Assembly (NCBI RefSeq): GCF_046119375.1
Contig: NW_027362761.1
Coordinates: forward strand, 736,994,001 to 737,058,000
From: Phyllobates terribilis
Lineage: Eukaryota
Reading direction: 5' to 3'
Length of the DNA stretch: 64,000 nt
Shown here: piece by piece, positions 1 through 11,672 of the stretch
Numbering within the stretch: position 1 is the first letter of the stretch
How the letters are laid out: the number at the start of each line of letters is the position of its first letter
Position numbers and translations under genes: made by a program
Notes under the pieces: generated by a model
The model's input: the letters and a program-made list of their open reading frames with translations, nothing else
Told to the model about the DNA's origin: nothing
Database searches by the model: none

Positions 1-2079
1 AAGCAACTATTGTTACCCTCCCAAAACCAGGCAAACCCCCAAATAGACCTGAGAATTTTCGACCTATTTCGCTAGTGAACTGTGATCTTAAATTGTATTC
101 TAAGATCTTAGCTCAAAGAATTAATACGGTCCTCCCCCAGCTGGTAGCGCCAGATCAAATGGGTTTTGTGCCTGGGAGGCAAACCAGAGACTCTACTCGA
201 CAAGTTTTAAACCTGATCCACAGAGCAGAAAAATCTGGGGTCCCCAGTGTGCTAGTTTTGTTAGACGCAGAAAAGGCGTTTGATCGAGTACACTGGGGAT
301 ACCTCCAAGCAGTCTTGACTAAATTCGGGTTAATTAGACACATACAGAAGGATATAATGGCGTTGTACTCCTCCCCGAGTGCGAAGGTATTAGCAGCAGG
401 CTTTAGCTCAGACCAGTTTCATATCTCGAATGGAACCCGCCAGGGGTGCCCGTTGTCGCCTGCAATTTTTGCATTGGTAATGGAACCCTTGGTGCAGGAA
501 ATTCGTACTTGTAAAGATATCTTTGGAATAAAAATAGGGTCTGTGGCCCACCCAGTTGGTCTGTATGCAGATGACGTAATTATCTCTGTAACACACCCCG
601 AAACTTCCCTCCGAGCACTGCTATCCATTCTTTCTCAGTTCTCAGAAGTTTCCCTTTACAAATTGAACTCTGCGAAATCAATGGCCCTTCCAATTGATTG
701 TCCCCCAGAATTAATTTCAAATTTAAAAAAATCTCTGCCATTTACATGGGCTAAAAACTCTATTATCTACCTAGGAATTCACCTAATCTCCCCCTCAAAA
801 AACTTAGTCACTAAAAATATTTCAGAGCTACTAAATTCAATCAAGCCAGAGCTCAAAAGACTGAGCACCTTAGAACTTTCTTGGATGGCCCGTATAAAAA
901 CGTGTAAAATGACCTTTTTACCCAAAATTCTATATCTTCTAAGATGTATACCACTTCCCATAAAAAAAAACTACTAGACGAAATCCAAACTCTACTACTT
1001 CGTTTTATTTGGGGTGGCAAAAAATCTAGATTTCAGAGCTCCTTGCTGTTTTATAAATTGGGAGAGGGAGGTTTGGGACTACCGAATATCCATCTTTACT
1101 ATAAAGCATGCACGATTGATGCTCTTAGAGAATGGTGGGACACTAAGTCCAATCTCTCTTGGGTTCAAATGGAAAAATCGGATACCAAATTTCATTCCAC
1201 TAGACTCATGTTGGAAGAGGAATTTCTGCTCCCGAAGTCTCAATCTTGCTCCCTCCCTACAATGACACATGCTCTTAAAATGTGGAGAGAGCTGATTTTT
1301 AAAAAGATTATACACATTCCGTTGAAATATATCTCGCTTAGGAGCGTTGATTTGGTGATCCCATTCTCTCACTTCCGCCGTTGGGAAGATTACGGCATTT
1401 CTAATATACAATCTATGTTCTCAGCTAGTTCTATCAAAGCGTTTGACGAATTATCCTCCATATATCAACTCCCCGGTAATCTTCACTTTTCCTATGTTCA
1501 ACTGAAGAGTTTTCTATCTTCTTCTCCAACAATTGTGCCACGGCTAGCTCCATCCACAATACAACACTTTATTTTGGGGAAGAAAGGATTCTCCAGGGGT
1601 GTTTCGGTAGCATATTGTAATGCACACGCCCGGGCTGAGCGGCGTGTGCGTGTGATTGTAGTGATTCCACTGGACCGTGCCGGAGAGTGAATGCCTGGAG
1701 GGGCGTAACTAGGTATTCACCCGATCCGACCAGGGTCGCACGACGGCATACGATGCCAGTGCACCAAGGAGGAACCGAGCAGAGGGACCAGGTGCTACTC
1801 CAGGACAGACCCCGGACACGGCTGTTGACCCACACAGGGGAATACAGGAACAGACTGGTAGGCTGGCACACAGACTGGTGGGTATAGGCAGGCACGACTG
1901 GTATGCAGGCAGGCGGGTATGCAGGCAGAGGGGTACAGGCAAGCACAGCTAGAGTGCAGACAGGGAGGCACTAGCAGGTAGGGACACTGGCGGGATAGGA
2001 CCCAGTACACACTGGGACTCAGGAACAGAACCACAGATGTGGCGGACAAACACAGCAGAGTGAGGCCGCCCAGAGAGGT

Positions 2080-2490
2080 GAGTGAGAACAGGGCAGGACA
2101 AGGCCGCCTGGAGCGGTGAGCAAGAGTAGAGCAGGACAAGGCCGCCAGGAGCGGTGAGCAAAGGGTCAGAGCTGAGCGAGACTGCCGGAGCAGTGAGCAA
2201 GAGTAAAGCAGGACGAGACCGCCTGGAGCGGTGAGCAAGAGTGGAGCAAGACTGCCGGAGCAGTGAGCAAAAGGATAAGAGCGGAGCGAGACTGCCGGAG
2301 CAGTGAGCAAAAGGGTCAGAGCGGAGCAAGGCTGCCGGAGCAGCGAGCAAAGGAGTCAGAGCAGGCTAGAACCGCCGGAGCGGTAAGCAAAGGAGTCAGA
2401 GCAGGCTAGAACCGCCGGAGCGGTGAGCAAAGGAGTCAGAGCAGGCTAGATCCGCCGGAGCGGTGAGCAAAGGAGTCAGAGCAGGCAAGG
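2080..2490. repeat. ~40-bp minisatellite in the solo LTR
   Basis: Repeated GAGCGGTGAGCAAAGGAGTCAGAGCAGGCTAGAACCGCCG-like units, about 10 copies. Confidence 0.9.
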
Positions 2491-2749
2491 CTGAGCAGGG
2501 GGGACAGGGCTCTGTTCACACGGAACAGACAGGAAGGGAAAGGCAGAGCCAGATACCCACAGGGTACTTGCAGTGAAGTAGCGAGTGGACCACAAACTCA
2601 CAAACGGGAGTACAGAGACAACAAGCAGGAGTTAGGTACGAGTTCAGACTCTGCAGAGAAAGGAAGGGAACGGACATAGAGGCAAAACAGGTAAAGGATA
2701 GGAGAGAGTTCAGACTGGGACTGAGTGTACGGAGGAGACCGACACTGCA

Positions 2750-2985
2750 GCGGAATACAGGAGCGGGTCTGGGAATACGGCCCCCAGAGAGGCAGGATGA
2801 ACAGGCAAGGAGCGTGTTCAGGCAGGACAGACAAGATACAGGAGCGGGTCTAGGTAATCGGCCCCTAGAAGGCGGGAGGAACAGGCTAGGAGCGTGTTCA
2901 GACAGGACAGACAAGATACAGGAACGGATCTAGGTAATCGGCCCCTAGAAGGCGGAAGGAACAGGCTAGGAGCGTGTTCAGACAG
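2750..2985. repeat. 80-bp tandem repeat (~3 copies) in the solo LTR
   Basis: ACAAGATACA recurs at 2831 and 2911. Confidence 0.85.
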
Positions 2986-3024
2986 GCCTGGAAATACAGC
3001 CTCCAGGATAGGCAGACAAGAGAA

Positions 3025-3330
3025 CACAGACAGGACTCAGTTCAGACACGGGAACTGATACCGCAAGGCAGGAGACATAGACAGGACTCAGTTCAGACAC
3101 GGGAACTGAAACCGCAAGGCAGGAGACATAGACAGGACTCAGTTCAGACACGGGAACTGATACTGCAAGGCAGGAGACATAGACAGGACTCAGCTCAGAC
3201 ACGGGAACTGATACCGCAAGGCAGGAGACATAGACAGGACTCAGCTCAGACACGGGAACTGATACCGCAAGGCAGGAGACATAGACAGGACTCAGTTCAG
3301 ACACGGAAACTGATACCACAAAGCAGGAGA
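3025..3330. repeat. 51-bp tandem repeat (~6 copies) in the solo LTR
   Basis: ACAGGACTCAG at 3030, 3081 and onward; the 17-aa periodicity of ORF 2974-3378 reflects this. Confidence 0.9.
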
Positions 3331-4589
3331 CAAAGAACGGGACCTGGCACCTTCAGAGTGCAAGCACACACTGAATGAAACACTATGCTCAGGCAGGGAT
3401 AGATGGGAGCAGCTGAGCTATATACCAGGTGACATACAGCAATAGGCTGAGGACGCACAAGGGGTGTGACCCACAGCAGGTACAAAAAGCAGGAAGTGAT
3501 CGGGCGCCGCCCTTAAGCAGCAGAAACAGACACAAACAGACAGCATGGAGGGAAGCCAGAGAGACATTCTGGACTGGAGATCAAGTGCGCGCTCTTGCAC
3601 AGTGGGAGATGGACCACCATGCAAGGACGCCGCCAGGTATGTTACACATATAACTTTCTCAATTCTCCCACTAATAATACTAAGCTCCCGTACATGGTTA
3701 AATGGGAATCGGATTTGGGCACTTTGTTTACTCTTGATCAATGGCAATTAGCCTTATCATGGCCCCTTAAAAGTTCATCATGCATAAACCACCTAGAAAT
3801 TGCAAAAAAAATCCAACTCCATTGGTATTTACCACCAAACCGCATAGCTCACCTTTCTCAGGGAACATCTCCCTTATGTTGGAAAAAATGTGGAGGAATG
3901 GGTTCACTTTTGCACTCTTGGTGGTCATGTCCTAATCTAAATAGCTTTTGGAAAGATGTATTTAAGATATTATCATCCTGTGCGGGAAATGACGTCCCAA
4001 TGAATCCAGCATTGGCCCTACTGAACATTGGCATTACCGACCTCCCGTATAAGAACAGATGGCTTTGCTCTTTTGTATTAACTGCGGCCAGACAAGCCCT
4101 CGCTTCCAAGTGAAAATCCCAATCTGCTTCATCAACGGATGACATCTGGTGGAGAATGGACTCATATAACTCTTATGAAATGATTCTGTCATGGGACGCT
4201 TCGAAAAAAGACCAGACCCAACAATGGTGGTGCGCATGGCCGGAAGTTAAAGCATTTTTTCTTGGCCAAAAATCTTAGGTGTAATTTGTTCTCTGTTACC
4301 GGTATACCATATTTTGCTTTTCCATGCAAACTAGTTCTGACGGCATTTATTTTGGAGAATATACCCTTTCCTGGTCTTCCCCCTCCCTTCCCTCCTCCTC
4401 TGCTGAGAGGTTAGCGTAGATTTTGCCGCCTTTCCTCTCTTGTTCCCCAGGTTCATAACTCTAGAAGTTTCTTGGTATTTTCTCTCAAATGCGTTATTAT
4501 ACTCTAAATGTCACATGTGATGTACCTGATACCCCTTTTCCCATGTTATGTTGAAAAACTTCAATAAAAATTTATTGTTAAAAAAAAAA

Positions 4590-4850
4590 GAAAAATAAAT
4601 GATGGTCCAACTAAACGCAAACCGGATGGAATAGCATGCCGCTGCAAGATGCTGTGGTAGCCATGCTGGTTCAGTATGCCTTCAATTTTGAATAAATCCC
4701 CAACAGTGTCACCAGCAAAGCACCCCCACACCATCACACCTCCTCCATGCTTCACGGTGGGAACCAGTTATGTAGAGTCCATCCGTTCACCTTTTCTGCG
4801 TCGCACAAAGTCACGATGGTTGGAACCAAAGATCTCAAATTTGGACTCAT
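4590..4850 (-). mobile_element. Internal Tc1 transposase fragment in inverted orientation
   Basis: Minus-strand KHGGG-VMVWGCFAG...QRHAIPSGLRLVGPSFIF, typical of the Tc1 catalytic region. Confidence 0.85.
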
Positions 4851-6341
4851 CATTAAAGATTTTTCTGTATTTTCATGACTATGAAAATTGTACATTCACA
4901 CTGAAGGCATCAAAACTATGAATTAACACATGTGGAAGTATATACTTAACAAAAAAGTGTGACACAACTGAAAATATGTCTTATATTCTAGGTTCTTCAA
5001 AGTAGCCACCTTTTGCTTTGATGACTGCTTTGCACACTCTTGGCATTCTCTTGATGAGCTTCAAGAGGTAGTCACCGGAAATAGTTTTCACTTCACAGGT
5101 GTGCCCTGTCAGGTTTAATAAGTGGGATTTCTTGCCTTATAAATGGAGTTGGGACCATCAGTTGTGTTGTGCAGAAGTCAGGTGGATACACAGCTGATAG
5201 TCCTACTGAATAGACTGTTAGAATTTGCATTATGGCAAGAAAAAAGCAGCTAAGTAAAGAAAAACGAGTGGCCATCATTACTTTAAGAAATGAAGGTCAG
5301 TCAGTCTGAAAAACTGGGCAAACTTTGAAAGTGTCCCCAAGTGCAGTTGCAAAAACCATTAAGCGCTACAAAGAAACTTGCTCAAATGAGGACCGCCCCA
5401 GGAAAGGAAGACCAAGAGTCACCTCTGCTTCTAAGGATAAGTTTATCCGAGTCACCAGTCTCAGAAATCGCAGGTTAACAGCAGCTCAGATTAGAGACCA
5501 GGTCAATGCCACACAGAGTTCTAACAGCAGACACATCTCTACAACAACTGTTAAGAGGAGACTTTGTGCAGCAGGCCTTCATGGTAAAATAGCTGCTAGG
5601 AAACCACTGCTAAGGACAGGCAACAAGCAGAATAAACTTGTTTGGGCTAAAGAACACAAGGAATGGACATTAGACCAGTGGAAATCTGTGTTTTGGTCTG
5701 ATGAGTCCAAATTTGAGATCTTTGGTTCCAACCACCGTGTCTTTGTGTGACGCAGAAAAGGTGAATGGATGGACTTGAACCATACTGAACCATCATGGCT
5801 ACCACAGCATCTTTCAGCGGCATGCTACTCCATCCGGTTTGCGTTTAGTTGGACCATCATTTATTTTTCAACTGGACAATGACCCCAAACACACCTCCAG
5901 GCTGTGCAAGGGCTATTTGACCAAGAAGGAGAGTGACGGGGTGCTACACCTGGCCTCCACAGTCACCAGACCTGAACCCAATCGAGATGGTTTGGGGTGA
6001 GCTGGACCGCAGAGTGAAGGCAAAAGGGCCAACAAGTGCTAAGCTTCTCTGGGAACTCCTTCAAGATTTTTGGAAGACCATTTCCGGTGACTGCCTCTTG
6101 AAGCTCATCAAGAGAATGCCAAGAGTGTGCAAAGCAGTCATCAAAGCAAAAGGTGGCTACTTTGAAGAACCTAGAATATAAGACATATTTTCAGTTGTTT
6201 CACACTTTTTTGTTAAGTATATAATTCCACATGTGTTAATTCATAGTTTTGATCCCTTCACTGTGAATGTACAATTTTCATAGTCATGAAAATACAGAAA
6301 AATCTATAAATGAGAAGGTGTGTCCAAACTTTTGGTCTGTA

Positions 6342-6344
<3 letters not shown>
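4851..6344 (+). mobile_element. Tc1/mariner DNA transposon with long (~230-bp) inverted repeats and a decayed transposase
   Basis: ATG at 5232 (MARKKQLSKEKR...), [15 protein letters not shown], ends GGYFEEPRI at 6181. 4851-5080 is inverted relative to ~6080-6310. Right end ...GGTCTGTACTG|TA. The outer ~35 bp of the left end and the KHGGG segment are deleted. Confidence 0.9.
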
Positions 6345-6388
<44 letters not shown>

Positions 6389-6390
6389 TA
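6345..6390. repeat. (TA)n microsatellite at the Tc1 TA target
   Basis: TA run directly after the TIR. Confidence 0.95.
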
Positions 6391-6555
6391 TACTTCAACT
6401 GAAGTTGTCTCATCTGACTGAGAGGCTCCTGCCAGTAATAGGAGTTTTTCTCAGATTTGGTATATGCTTTGCTTATCAGTTTTTTGTCAAATCATTAATA
6501 ATACTACATCATCTTTTAAAATAAATAACAATTTTAGTGATAGGTTCTCTTTAAA

Positions 6556-6886
6556 TTAAAAAAATGCAAGTTTAATATTGCCGTAAACATATTGACTAGG
6601 AGACCTAGGAGAATCATATTGCCAGGTAAGTTTTACTGCACCAAGAATGTAATCAAAACGAATAAAAAAGTGCGGAATTGTTTTTTTTATGGCAATTTTA
6701 CTGCAGTTGCAATTTTTTTCCCATTTTTCAGTACATTGTATGTTAAATTGAATGTTATAATTCAAAAGTATGACTTGTCCTGCAAAAAAGACCTCATATG
6801 GCAATGTCAGCGGAAAAATAAAAAAGTTATGGCTCTTGGAAGGCGAATAATAGACCAAAGCATAAAAGCAGAAAATCCCCTGTTCC
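6556..6886 (+). mobile_element. Probable right-end fragment of a non-autonomous piggyBac-like element
   Basis: Shares the AAAATAAAAAAGTT(A/C)TGGCTCT(T/G)GGAAG subterminal block with 23272-23537, which ends GGGG|TTAA. Confidence 0.45.
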
Positions 6887-7310
6887 TTAAAAGGGTTGTC
6901 CACTACCCCTTCTTAAAAACTATATTCCCCTTTGTATAACAAAACAAAAATAATTGATACTCAGCACCTGCATCGGTACCATTCCAGCAATGTCAGCGCT
7001 GGCTCTCTTGAGGCCGGTGTGACATTGTTATGCCATGTGACTACTGCAACCAATCAGCGGCTGCTATTGAACTGCTGTGCTCTGACTTTGGACAAACCTT
7101 GGACATTTGGGAGAGGTGTGAGTAATGCAGACCCCTAGCAGCCACTAATTGGCTGCACTGCTCACATGGCATAACATTGTCATGTGAGCCTAGGGAGACC
7201 TGGCGCAAACATTACTGGAAGGGCTCCGGTATGGGAGGTGTCTGCTTTATTTTATAAGGGGGACACAATATTTAAGAAGAAGTTATCCTATTAGTGGACA
7301 ACCAATTTAA
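6887..7310. mobile_element. TTAA-flanked MITE (T2/Kolobok-like)
   Basis: TTAA-AAGGGTTGTCCACTA ... TAGTGGACAACC-AATTTAA, with a partly palindromic interior. Confidence 0.7.
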
Positions 7311-7519
7311 GTAGATAATGGTCAGGTATGATCCGCAAAAGGGATGACATTAGGACATGATCCGAGTCTCACAGACCAGTAACCTGAATCCATTTTCAAA
7401 ACAGATGTGTGTGTATGGGTCAATGAAACTATTACTCTGTGCTCTTTCCAAGAAAACGGACAGTACTAGGACGTATCACAAGGATTTGTGAATGTAGCCT
7501 AAGTCCTCATTCAGACATA

Positions 7520-8512
7520 CCGTATTTTACAGACTATAAGACGCATCGGAACATAAAATGCACCCCAAATTTTGGGGTGGAATATAGAAAAGAAAATATT
7601 TTTATAAGATGGGGGTCCGTCTTATAATCTTAATAGGTACAGTATCTTACCTGGGGGGCGGTGGAGCGAGGGTTACAGGGTCCTTCAGGAATCCGGTGCT
7701 CCAGCAGCGGGGAGTTGTGGTTCAGCAGGATTGCAGGGCCCTCAGTTCCCTCCCTCAGGAACCTGGCAGTTGCAGCAGAAGAGATGGCTGGGGCCCAGTG
7801 CCTGGCTGGGGCCCTATGCCTGGCCAGGGACCAATGCCTGGCTGGAAGCCGGGGCCTGGCTGGGAACCGGGCTGGGGGCCTGGATGAGGCTCGGTGCATG
7901 GCTGGGGCCTGGGTGGGGATCGGGCCCTGTGCCTGGCTGAGGGCCGGGGCCGGTGTTTGGCTATCGGAGCCTGCCTGAGGGCCAGGACCGGTGGTGGTGG
8001 CGGCGGCAGCAGCAGCAAAGGAGAAGGAGGTGAGATGCTGCGGGTGTCTGGCTGGGGGCTGGCGTGGGTTGGACTGGATGCGGGCAGTGTCTGGCTGCGT
8101 GCCGGGGTCGGTGAGCGGCGCATGTTTCCGGTGTGCGTGGCCATCTTCCTGAAGCTGTGATCTACAGGAAAATGGCCGCTCAAGCTACAAGCCAGCGCAT
8201 GTGCTGGCTCGGGCGGCCATTTTCCTGTGGATCACAGCTTCAGGAAGATGGCCACGCACACCGGAAACCTGCGCCACTCACCGGCCCTGGACCGCAGCCG
8301 GACACCCACAGCATCTCACCTCCTCCTCCTTTGCTGCCGCCGATGCCACTGCCACAACCACCACTGCCGGGTTCTTGAAGGAGGGAGGCCCCGCGATCCT
8401 GCTCCACCACCACCGCAGGTACGCAACGTTTGGACCATAAGATCCGTTTGGACCCCCCATTTTCCTCCCAAATTTTGGGGAAAAAAGTGCGTCTTATGGT
8501 CCGAAATTACGG
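7520..8512. mobile_element. Non-autonomous Tc1/mariner-superfamily (Tc2-like) element with a GC-rich interior
   Basis: ~25-bp TIRs CCGTATTTTACAGACTATAAGACGCA / TGCGTCTTATGGTCCGAAATTACGG, TA on both flanks, and an internal 18-bp repeat at ~7790-7930. Confidence 0.8.
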
Positions 8513-8968
8513 TATGTGATTTTTCACATATGCAAAAATGGTCTGAGTTTTATTAGTGTTTTGTCAGTGTGTCAGTTTTTATCAGTTTCATCAGTGATTT
8601 TCACATATGGAAAGATAAATAAATTACAAAGATTCTCCTATACATTGAAAAGTTCATAACATACAGCACATGGACTGCACACTGATGCCATCTGTATGCT
8701 GTCAGTGATATTCACAGACCATAGACTTGTATGGGTAAAATTTGATCTACACAGAAACCTATGAGGCAAAGCCCCACTGAATAACTCCTCTCTGACAGGT
8801 CAATAAAATATAACTTTTATTATATTAATTTAAAAATTATATTAGAAGGTTTCCATTAAAATAAATTCATAATTGCCTATATATAATTGTAAGAAATCTT
8901 TTGGATAGTAATCTATTTCTCAAACTATGGCATAGCACCCCGGGGTACCATGCATGAATATATACCAT

Positions 8969-9019
8969 TGTCCAATCTCCTGATGATGTAGTTTCTGTTG
9001 TGAAACATGTAGGGGGACA
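8969..9019 (+). ncRNA. Minimal type-I hammerhead ribozyme-like motif with an intact core
   Basis: UGUCC-aau-CUC CUGAUGA [stem II] GAAAC AU GUA GGGGGACA. Stem III is the palindrome ACAUGU, stem I pairs UGUCC/GGACA and CUC/GGG. Stem II is imperfect. Confidence 0.65.
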
Positions 9020-9223
9020 TTTGCGATGTGTTTTAATTTTAATATTCATTATATTTGCTATACTCTTCATGAATAGTACCCCTGGGTGATATCCCATAGT
9101 TTGAGAGATTTAATAAATCTATTGGATAGTAATCTATCTCTCAAACTATGAAATAGCACCCTGGGGTACAATCCATGAATAGAATGGCAAATAGTGAATG
9201 TTAAAATTAAAACACATAGCACA

Positions 9224-9275
9224 TGTCCCCCCAACATGTTTCACTGCTGAAACGGCATAATCAGGGAATGGGACA
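9224..9275 (-). ncRNA. Mirror hammerhead-like motif (G8->U, probably inactive)
   Basis: Minus strand: UGUCCCAUUCC CUGAUUA UGCCGUUUCAGCAGU GAAAC AU GUU GGGGGGACA. Confidence 0.55.
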
Positions 9276-9884
9276 ATTGTGTATATTCTTGGTTGGTACT
9301 GTCCCATAGTTTGAGAGCTAGATTACTATCCAATAAATTAATTACAATTATATACAAGCAATTATGAATTTATTTAATGGGCACCTCCTAACATAATGTT
9401 TAAATTAATCTAATAAAAGTTATATTTTATTCACCTGTTAAGTGATGTGCCATTCAGTTGGGCTTTACCCCATAGGTTTTTGTATATATAAATGTATCCT
9501 TGCGGCCTGTTTTTTCTCCAATACTGTATACAAATAAATAACTAAAATTTGATCTATAACTCAAAAATGGACTTGTCTCCATTATTGTTTTTGCAGACAC
9601 ATTGATCGCATAAACAAGTACATGTGAATAGCACTATAGAATTTAATGGGAAGGTTTTCTAGATATGAAAATCACAGATGGAACACGTAAATGATTCAAT
9701 GACATCTAAATGAACCCCTATTCTGTTATAAAATCAGAAAACATCCTCATAGAATAAAACTCACCAGGATCAAACAAATTATGTATGCATTGACTGAAAT
9801 TATTAAGAGCGGGTCCAGAGGACGTAGCATCATGTCTGAACCCCTAATAATGAAAAACACTGTTTTTATCTTACAGAAAAGAAG

Positions 9885-10729
9885 ATGTGTGCAGCATTTA
9901 TGTTGATGATCTTTCTGTATATGGCTGTTAACACCAAAGGAGCCAGCCATCAGTGTAACAATATAGATGGTACTACACTTATTTGGTCAAATTTCAACAA
10001 TTGTTCAGATGTAATTTTAAAAAATAAAAGCATCAATGAAATTGTAATAAATGATCAAAGCTATTATGGTAGTGTCTCAAAACTGGATCTCTCCCACAAC
10101 AAAATTAAAGTTCTTCCTGGTGGATTTTTATCTAATGCTATTATATTGAAAGAAGTTCATCTACAAAACAATAATTTGGAAGATTTGCCAGAAAAATTTC
10201 TCAAAAACTCATCTAAGCTGCAAGTTCTTAACCTTGAAGGTAATCAACTGTCAACAATTCCTGCAAGTATTTTCCATGACACTCTTTATAACCTGACTGT
10301 AGACTGCCAGTGTAATTTGGTCAAGGACATAAACAATGCTTCAAAATACCCAAAACTTAATGCAATTTGCAAATTGTCTTCAGGGTGGACTAACCCACAG
10401 GATTTCTATGAAGAAAACTGTCGCAAACAATATATGGCCCTGTTCATTGTTTTACCAATATTGGTGATAGCTTTGATTGCTGGAGGAGTGGCTCTGTATA
10501 TGTGGAAGAGGAAGACAAGTTCATCAAGTCTAGAAAGCAAGAGTGCTGCAGACATGTCACCTGTTCATGGGCAACCACGCTACATGTCAACGAATATGGA
10601 AGGTAGTGCAACAATGGTAAATCCAGGCCAGAAACAAGATTATGAAAACGTTTTTGTTGGTTACTTGCCAACTACTGAAACAAAACCTTATGGCTATGGG
10701 AAAAATGAGCTTAAACCAGGCACTCACAG
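9885..10729 (+). CDS. LRRC25: LRRC25-like leucine-rich-repeat type-I membrane protein, first coding exon
   Basis: Signal peptide, three LRRs (LDLSHNKI, VHLQNNNL, LNLEGNQL), Cys-containing cap, TM segment ALFIVLPILVIALIAGGVALYMW, and cytoplasmic DYENVFVG like LRRC25 DYENMFVG. Acceptor TTTTATCTTACAG ends at 9876. Donor AG|GTAAGT at 10729/10730 (phase 2). Confidence 0.85.
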
Positions 10730-11632
10730 GTAAGTTTTGATTTAATCTCTGAGCCTTATGCTATTCCATAATATTACAGACTTCTTTTAACTATTTTTAT
10801 TAAGGTAACTTAATGGGTTGTCCCATCAGGCCATCTTTTTTCCATTCATTCTACTGAGGTACAACGTATTTAGAAATCACAGCAAGGGACCGCCAAAGAG
10901 AAAAGACTCTAAAAAGTGCCTCCCACACTGGAGAACTAAGTACAATCATGTATTGCAATGTATGAATCGCAGACTTTTTAAAAGGACACTATGTAATATG
11001 GTAATTAGGGCACACTCTGTCTCTGGTATCCTTGATGGTGGGTGTGATGAAGTTTCCGTCCACTGATGAGACATTTAATTGGCTTACTCCTGTAACAGTG
11101 CAATCATTAAAGGGTTAGTCCTGTATCACTCACTTCCACATCCAGAGATAAGTGATTTCATGTCTATTGATACCTGCAAGGATGTGTGCACACCTGGATA
11201 TATTGTGCACATGTCCCATTATAATAAACACATCATTAGAATTGGAAAATCAGGCTCATGTCCCGGCAGGTATCAGTAGACATACCTTAATCTGCTACAC
11301 TCACATCTCGATGCAAAGTGAGTGAGGCAGGACTATTCCCAACAAGGCACAGTACTTGTAAAATAAGGGCATACCAGCCACAAAATGCATTGGCTTAACA
11401 ATTTTAACATTACTGAAATGTCCAGTTAGCTAGATAGCTTCATATATGAACTGTATATGCATATAAATATGTATATACTAATCTATCCATCTAAAAAAGA
11501 AAAAGACAAAAGCAGCACCAGCAAAGTAGGGTGCAAAGCCTCCCAGGTACATACCAGTGCTCAAATATAGTAAAAAATTTGGAAGCAGCACACCATATTA
11601 TGCATAAAAAAGGGCTATTTAATAACCCATGA

Positions 11633-11672
11633 GGTGACGTTTCAGATCCAAGTGTGAGCTTTTCTCAAGCAA
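11633..11672 (-). ncRNA. Degenerate hammerhead-like motif (U3-A8 core) in a Penelope pLTR remnant within the LRRC25 intron
   Basis: Minus strand: GC UUGAGAA A AGCUC-ACACUUG-GAUCU GAAAC GUC. Followed by ATTAAA and a donor-like GGTGTGCTGC. Stem I is not conserved. Confidence 0.5.

Larger units (their letters stand above)
1616..3646 (-). mobile_element. Solo LTR (probably Gypsy-type), 2031 bp, expanded by internal minisatellites
   Basis: TGTAA...TTACA termini and a perfect 5-bp TSD CATAT (1611-1615, 3647-3651). No coding motifs inside. A TATA-like TATATAG on the minus strand near 3418-3424 suggests orientation. Confidence 0.85.
75..4113 (+). pseudogene. L1 ORF2 reverse transcriptase, disrupted (frameshift, LTR insertion, late stop)
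   Basis: Removing 1616-3651 restores the frame (...GVSVAY|NFLNSPTNN...). TGA at 4111-4113 is probably premature. Confidence 0.9.
1..4590 (+). mobile_element. LINE-1 (L1 clade) retrotransposon, 3' part (RT, C-terminal Cys-rich domain, 3'UTR, polyA); starts before the window and is split by a solo LTR
   Basis: ORF 75-977 has RT motifs LDAEKAFDRV, GTRQGCPLSP, YADD. Frameshift at the A-run ~961-970 into 944-1615. Continues at 3652-4113 with the CCHC-type CWKKCGGMGSLLHSWWSC. AATAAA ~4563 and A-tail ~4580-4589. Confidence 0.93.
8750..9542. mobile_element. Palindromic non-coding mini-element, probably Penelope-derived, with two hammerhead-like motifs
   Basis: 8750-~9110 is an imperfect inverted repeat of ~9120-9484. 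A 14-bp direct duplication TAAAATTTGATCTA flanks it at 8736-8749 and 9543-9556. Confidence 0.7.

Noticed and set aside
1569-3378. Overlapping Ser/Leu/Arg-rich ORFs in the solo LTR
   Set aside because: They follow the repeat periodicity and have no gag/env motifs.
7609-8556. GC-rich ORF cluster as a host gene or CpG-island promoter of LRRC25
   Set aside because: It lies wholly within TIRs and TA flanks of a non-autonomous element, and the ORFs come from 18-bp repeats with no recognisable domain.
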